Shown here: positions 60,855 through 64,000 of the stretch, piece after piece
Position numbering within the stretch: position 1 is the first letter of the stretch
Layout of the letters: each line of letters begins with the position of its first letter
Assembly (NCBI GenBank): GCA_965287045.1
Contig: OZ336882.1
Coordinates: 45,942,001-46,006,000, forward strand
From: Carcharhinus amblyrhynchos
Taxonomy: Eukaryota
Length of the DNA: 64,000 nt
Direction: 5' to 3'
Position numbers and translations under genes: made by a program
Notes under the pieces: model-generated
The model's input: only the letters and a program-made list of their open reading frames with translations
The model's database searches: none
What the model was told of the DNA's origin: nothing

Positions 60855-61450
60855 GAATGCAGAAGCATTACTGTGTGGTAAACAAGGAATGCAGGAACTA
60901 GTATCCATGTGGGATTATGATATACTGGCAATAACAGAGACCTGACTCAAACAGGGAAGAAACTGATGCTTAATATTCCTCATAGCAATATATTCAGAGA
61001 AGATAGGAAAGGAAAAGAGAGTGGGTGGCATGATACCATTGATCAAAGATACTATTATAGCACAAGTGATGATATACGTGAGTGTTCAAAGACATGCCGA
61101 GAATTAAAGAACAGCAGAGAAGCTATACATCTTGCTGGATGTATACTATAGGCCACTCAATTGTGGGAATGAAATTGAGCAAATCTTAAAGCCGAAATGT
61201 GCAAGAACAATGAATTTTCCAAACATAAACTGGGAAAATAGCAGTTTCAAGGACAAAGAGTGGGGGAAGGATCCCTGAAATTTCTAAATCAGAATGTTTC
61301 CAGTCCAATGAGGAAGGAAGTAGAGCTGTAGCTGGTTCTGAGGAATGAAGTGCAGCACATTTGTTGAGTCATTTGGGAAATAGCAATCACATAATCATTA
61401 CTTTTAGAGTAGCCATGGAAAAAAAAACAAGAGATATTCAAATATGAAAG
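60855..61450 (+). mobile_element. CR1 LINE apurinic-endonuclease region remnant
   Basis: WDYDILAITET*LK...LNIPHSNIFREDRKGK...YYRP...FPNINW, decayed APE-domain motifs. Confidence 0.75.
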
Positions 61451-61454
61451 GATT

Positions 61455-62020
61455 AGTCTGCAAGAATCTGAGAGAGAAAGACAGAGGGCAAACAGAGAAA
61501 GACAGCTGTCTGCACCTTAAGCAGAAAAAGTGCTGGTCCCATCATTTACCACGCAAAATGCGAGTGGAAGCTCATGCTCAGACTAATTAGATGAAGCTCA
61601 TGAGGACTTAAGTGTCACTGGAAGATTTACTTAGCTTGGCGAGAGTGAAGAATCTCCAATTTGTCCCTCACCGTGAAAGTCAGTTTTGGAATTAGGAGTT
61701 TCCCATTTGCGAATGAAAAAGAAAGTCACCCCTCGGGAGCTATGAATAGCTTTGGACTGAAGAATGAAGCATTCTTAAGAGGTGGAGGAAAATGTTAACT
61801 ATGGAGTGGGATTTTTGGTCATTTTAAGAATTAAATGGGGACTCTTTTATGTAATTCAGAGTATTAGCTGCCTACTAATTAGTACTTACATAATGCTGCT
61901 TTTGTTTGTTTTTACAGTAAAAGCTTTAATGCTTAGAATGTTGTGTGATCCTTCCAATCAGCCATTGGAAATTCAAATATCTTGTAAAAGTTATCTGTCT
62001 CTGTGGGGATCAGGACACAA
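61455..62020 (+). mobile_element. Possible LTR fragment
   Basis: Purine-rich start, ttttgtttgtttttacagtaaaagct polyA-like region and an end aaaagttatctgtctctgtggggatcaggaca; resemblance only. Confidence 0.3.
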
Positions 62021-62034
62021 AAGGCAAGGTATCA

Positions 62035-62338
62035 GAGAATCATAAAATCATAGAATCCCTACAGTGCAGAAGGAGGTCATTCGGCCCATCACAATCCCAC
62101 CCAGGCCTTAGTCCCATAATCCCATATATTTGTTTTGCTAAACCCCCTAATACTAAGGGGCAATTTATCATGGCCAATCAGCCTAACCTCACATCTTTGG
62201 ACTGTGGGAGGAAACCGGAGCACCTGGAGGAAACCCATGCAGTCAAGGGGAGAATGCGCAAACTCCACACAGACAGTGACCCAAGGCCAGAATTGAACCC
62301 AGGTCCCTGGTGCTATGAGGCAGCAGTGCTAACCACTG
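62035..62338 (-). mobile_element. HE1-type SINE, near full length
   Basis: agaatcataaaatcatagaatccctacagtgcagaaggagg...gaggcagcagtgctaaccactg. Confidence 0.92.
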
Positions 62339-63450
62339 GATACAATAAAGATAAATAAAGAACATGGACTATAAAGGTTGACATCATTCAAAGTATTAAA
62401 GTCTGAGAGGAGCATATCTAGGTTACTGAAGAAAGTAAGGGTAAAAGTAATCTTAGCATCTCCATCCCTACTTCTTAAGACAAACGTTGCTTCTATTTTA
62501 TCTGAAAAGTCTTTGGTTAAATAAATTGCTGCCAACCTCTTTTGATCAAAGGAGTCTTTGCCATCCTGCTAATAATAAACGGAATATCATTTGGCAGATG
62601 TTCGTAAACACCAGTGCAAAATGACATGTTCTGTGGGGAAAATGACAATACCTCACAATTTGCCTTTCCACAAGAAATATGCACCTGATACTTATATGTG
62701 TGTATTATTATAATTATTGTGAATTTTACATTTACTGTAACATTAAGCCTGTCGTGGTAGCTCCATATTGGAAAAGTTCCAAAAACTGAGCCTGTTAATC
62801 AAGGATACATTTCTAAATAATATTCTCAGTATTCACTTTCTTGCATTTTCCAGGGCGCTTTAAATACTTGGAGGTCACTTATGCAATGGAATTTACTATA
62901 CATCCACTAACACAGTAATGGATAAGTTATCATTTGGCTAATAATTACTATTAGGCTAAGCTATTACTACATTGCTGCTTTTGGTTGGAGAAATGAACAT
63001 TCTATGTTTATGAGGAATGGATTGATATCTGACTGAATGTTCCTTGAAATTCCATTATTTCCATTAAAGTGCATTTTGTAAATCCTAGGTGGTAATTCTA
63101 AACAGTGAAGGACCTGAAGAAATGCTAATGTGCCAAAAAGCAAGAGGTGTTGAAGTATTCTGTCTTAACGGAGTAACCATCATTTCACACTTCCTTATAT
63201 TAGCTGTATTTGAGGAGAATGCTTTGGATTTGGCAGCCCCTTGTAATAAAACTCATAAACAGTACACAGTGTTTATTGTTTGCCTGTTACCACCTGACAG
63301 CCATTCGCTAATGCACTATACTTGTACAATTCACATTGTTCTAATCTCAGTAAGTTTCATATGTAGGCTAAAGAAAAACTATGCTATGTAATTGTGAATT
63401 CAGAAGTAGACCCCACCATCCCTCACCAATCCCACATAGATGCAAGCTTA

Positions 63451-64000
63451 AGGGCAAAATTCTCCCATTTCGTTATTAGGTGCGACAGCGAAGTGATCCT
63501 GGCGCTGCCTGTACCACAGACCAGAATAACAGGATGCCACACCAGATTCTGCTCTTGGAGGCTCCCTAATTATGCACAATCAGGTTTCCCTCTGACTCTC
63601 CGGGTGGGTGGCAGCTAAATCGCCTGCCCGCCCTCAGCTGATGGGTTCAAAGGCCCTGGTGCCATATATAAAAACCAGCCCAGCACACTCATATCACTCT
63701 CCGCAGCCCACCTGTCTTTACCAGATCATGTAAGATGTCAGCAACCCAGAGGGAAAAGGCTAGCAGCCTCCAGTGTCTCTTGATACAACCAACCTCCCCC
63801 CTGCCACTTCACCTTTGAGTTGCCCATACCCCACTTGAACCTCTATCCACTACATCTGGAGTCTTCGTGCATCCCCTTCCAGTAAACAATTGGTATACTT
63901 TGAGCCCCTTGCTTGTGATCACTTTAGCCATCGGGTTTGATGCCAACATAATGTCCCACTGACATGATGCAGGTTTGAAAGGCCTGATGGGATGCTAGCT
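63451..64000. mobile_element. Start of GC-rich non-autonomous DNA transposon (runs off the window)
   Basis: gggcaaaattctccc resembles the TIRs at 11301 and 40663, and GC content rises abruptly after it. Confidence 0.4.

Overview
Eukaryotic, AT-rich, repeat-dense genomic DNA, almost certainly from a shark or other elasmobranch, because it carries many HE1-type SINEs. I could not recognise any host protein-coding exon, tRNA, rRNA or CRISPR array; most listed ORFs are spurious or lie inside repeats, so the window looks intronic or intergenic. Retroelement content: HE1 SINEs, a second SINE with an HE1-like head and a different tail, a tRNA-headed SINE with a CR1-like tail, a DeuSINE remnant, CR1 and Rex1/Babar LINE fragments, a decayed Ty3/Gypsy element (gag, protease, start of RT), and Penelope-like elements (PLEs) with GIY-YIG remnants. 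DNA transposon content: PIF/Harbinger remnants (two transposase fragments and a Myb/SANT-like ORF) and many MITE-like derivatives. Most notable signals: (i) at least three families of PLE terminal repeats carrying decayed minimal hammerhead ribozyme cores, some arranged as inverted pairs; (ii) a perfect 37-bp fold-back of a PLE terminus flanked by a 16-bp direct repeat at 52692-52810; (iii) apparent SINE tail swapping; (iv) candidate RFX X-box and PBX-HOX/MEIS enhancer islands. All family names come from recalled motifs, not database searches, and repeat boundaries are approximate.
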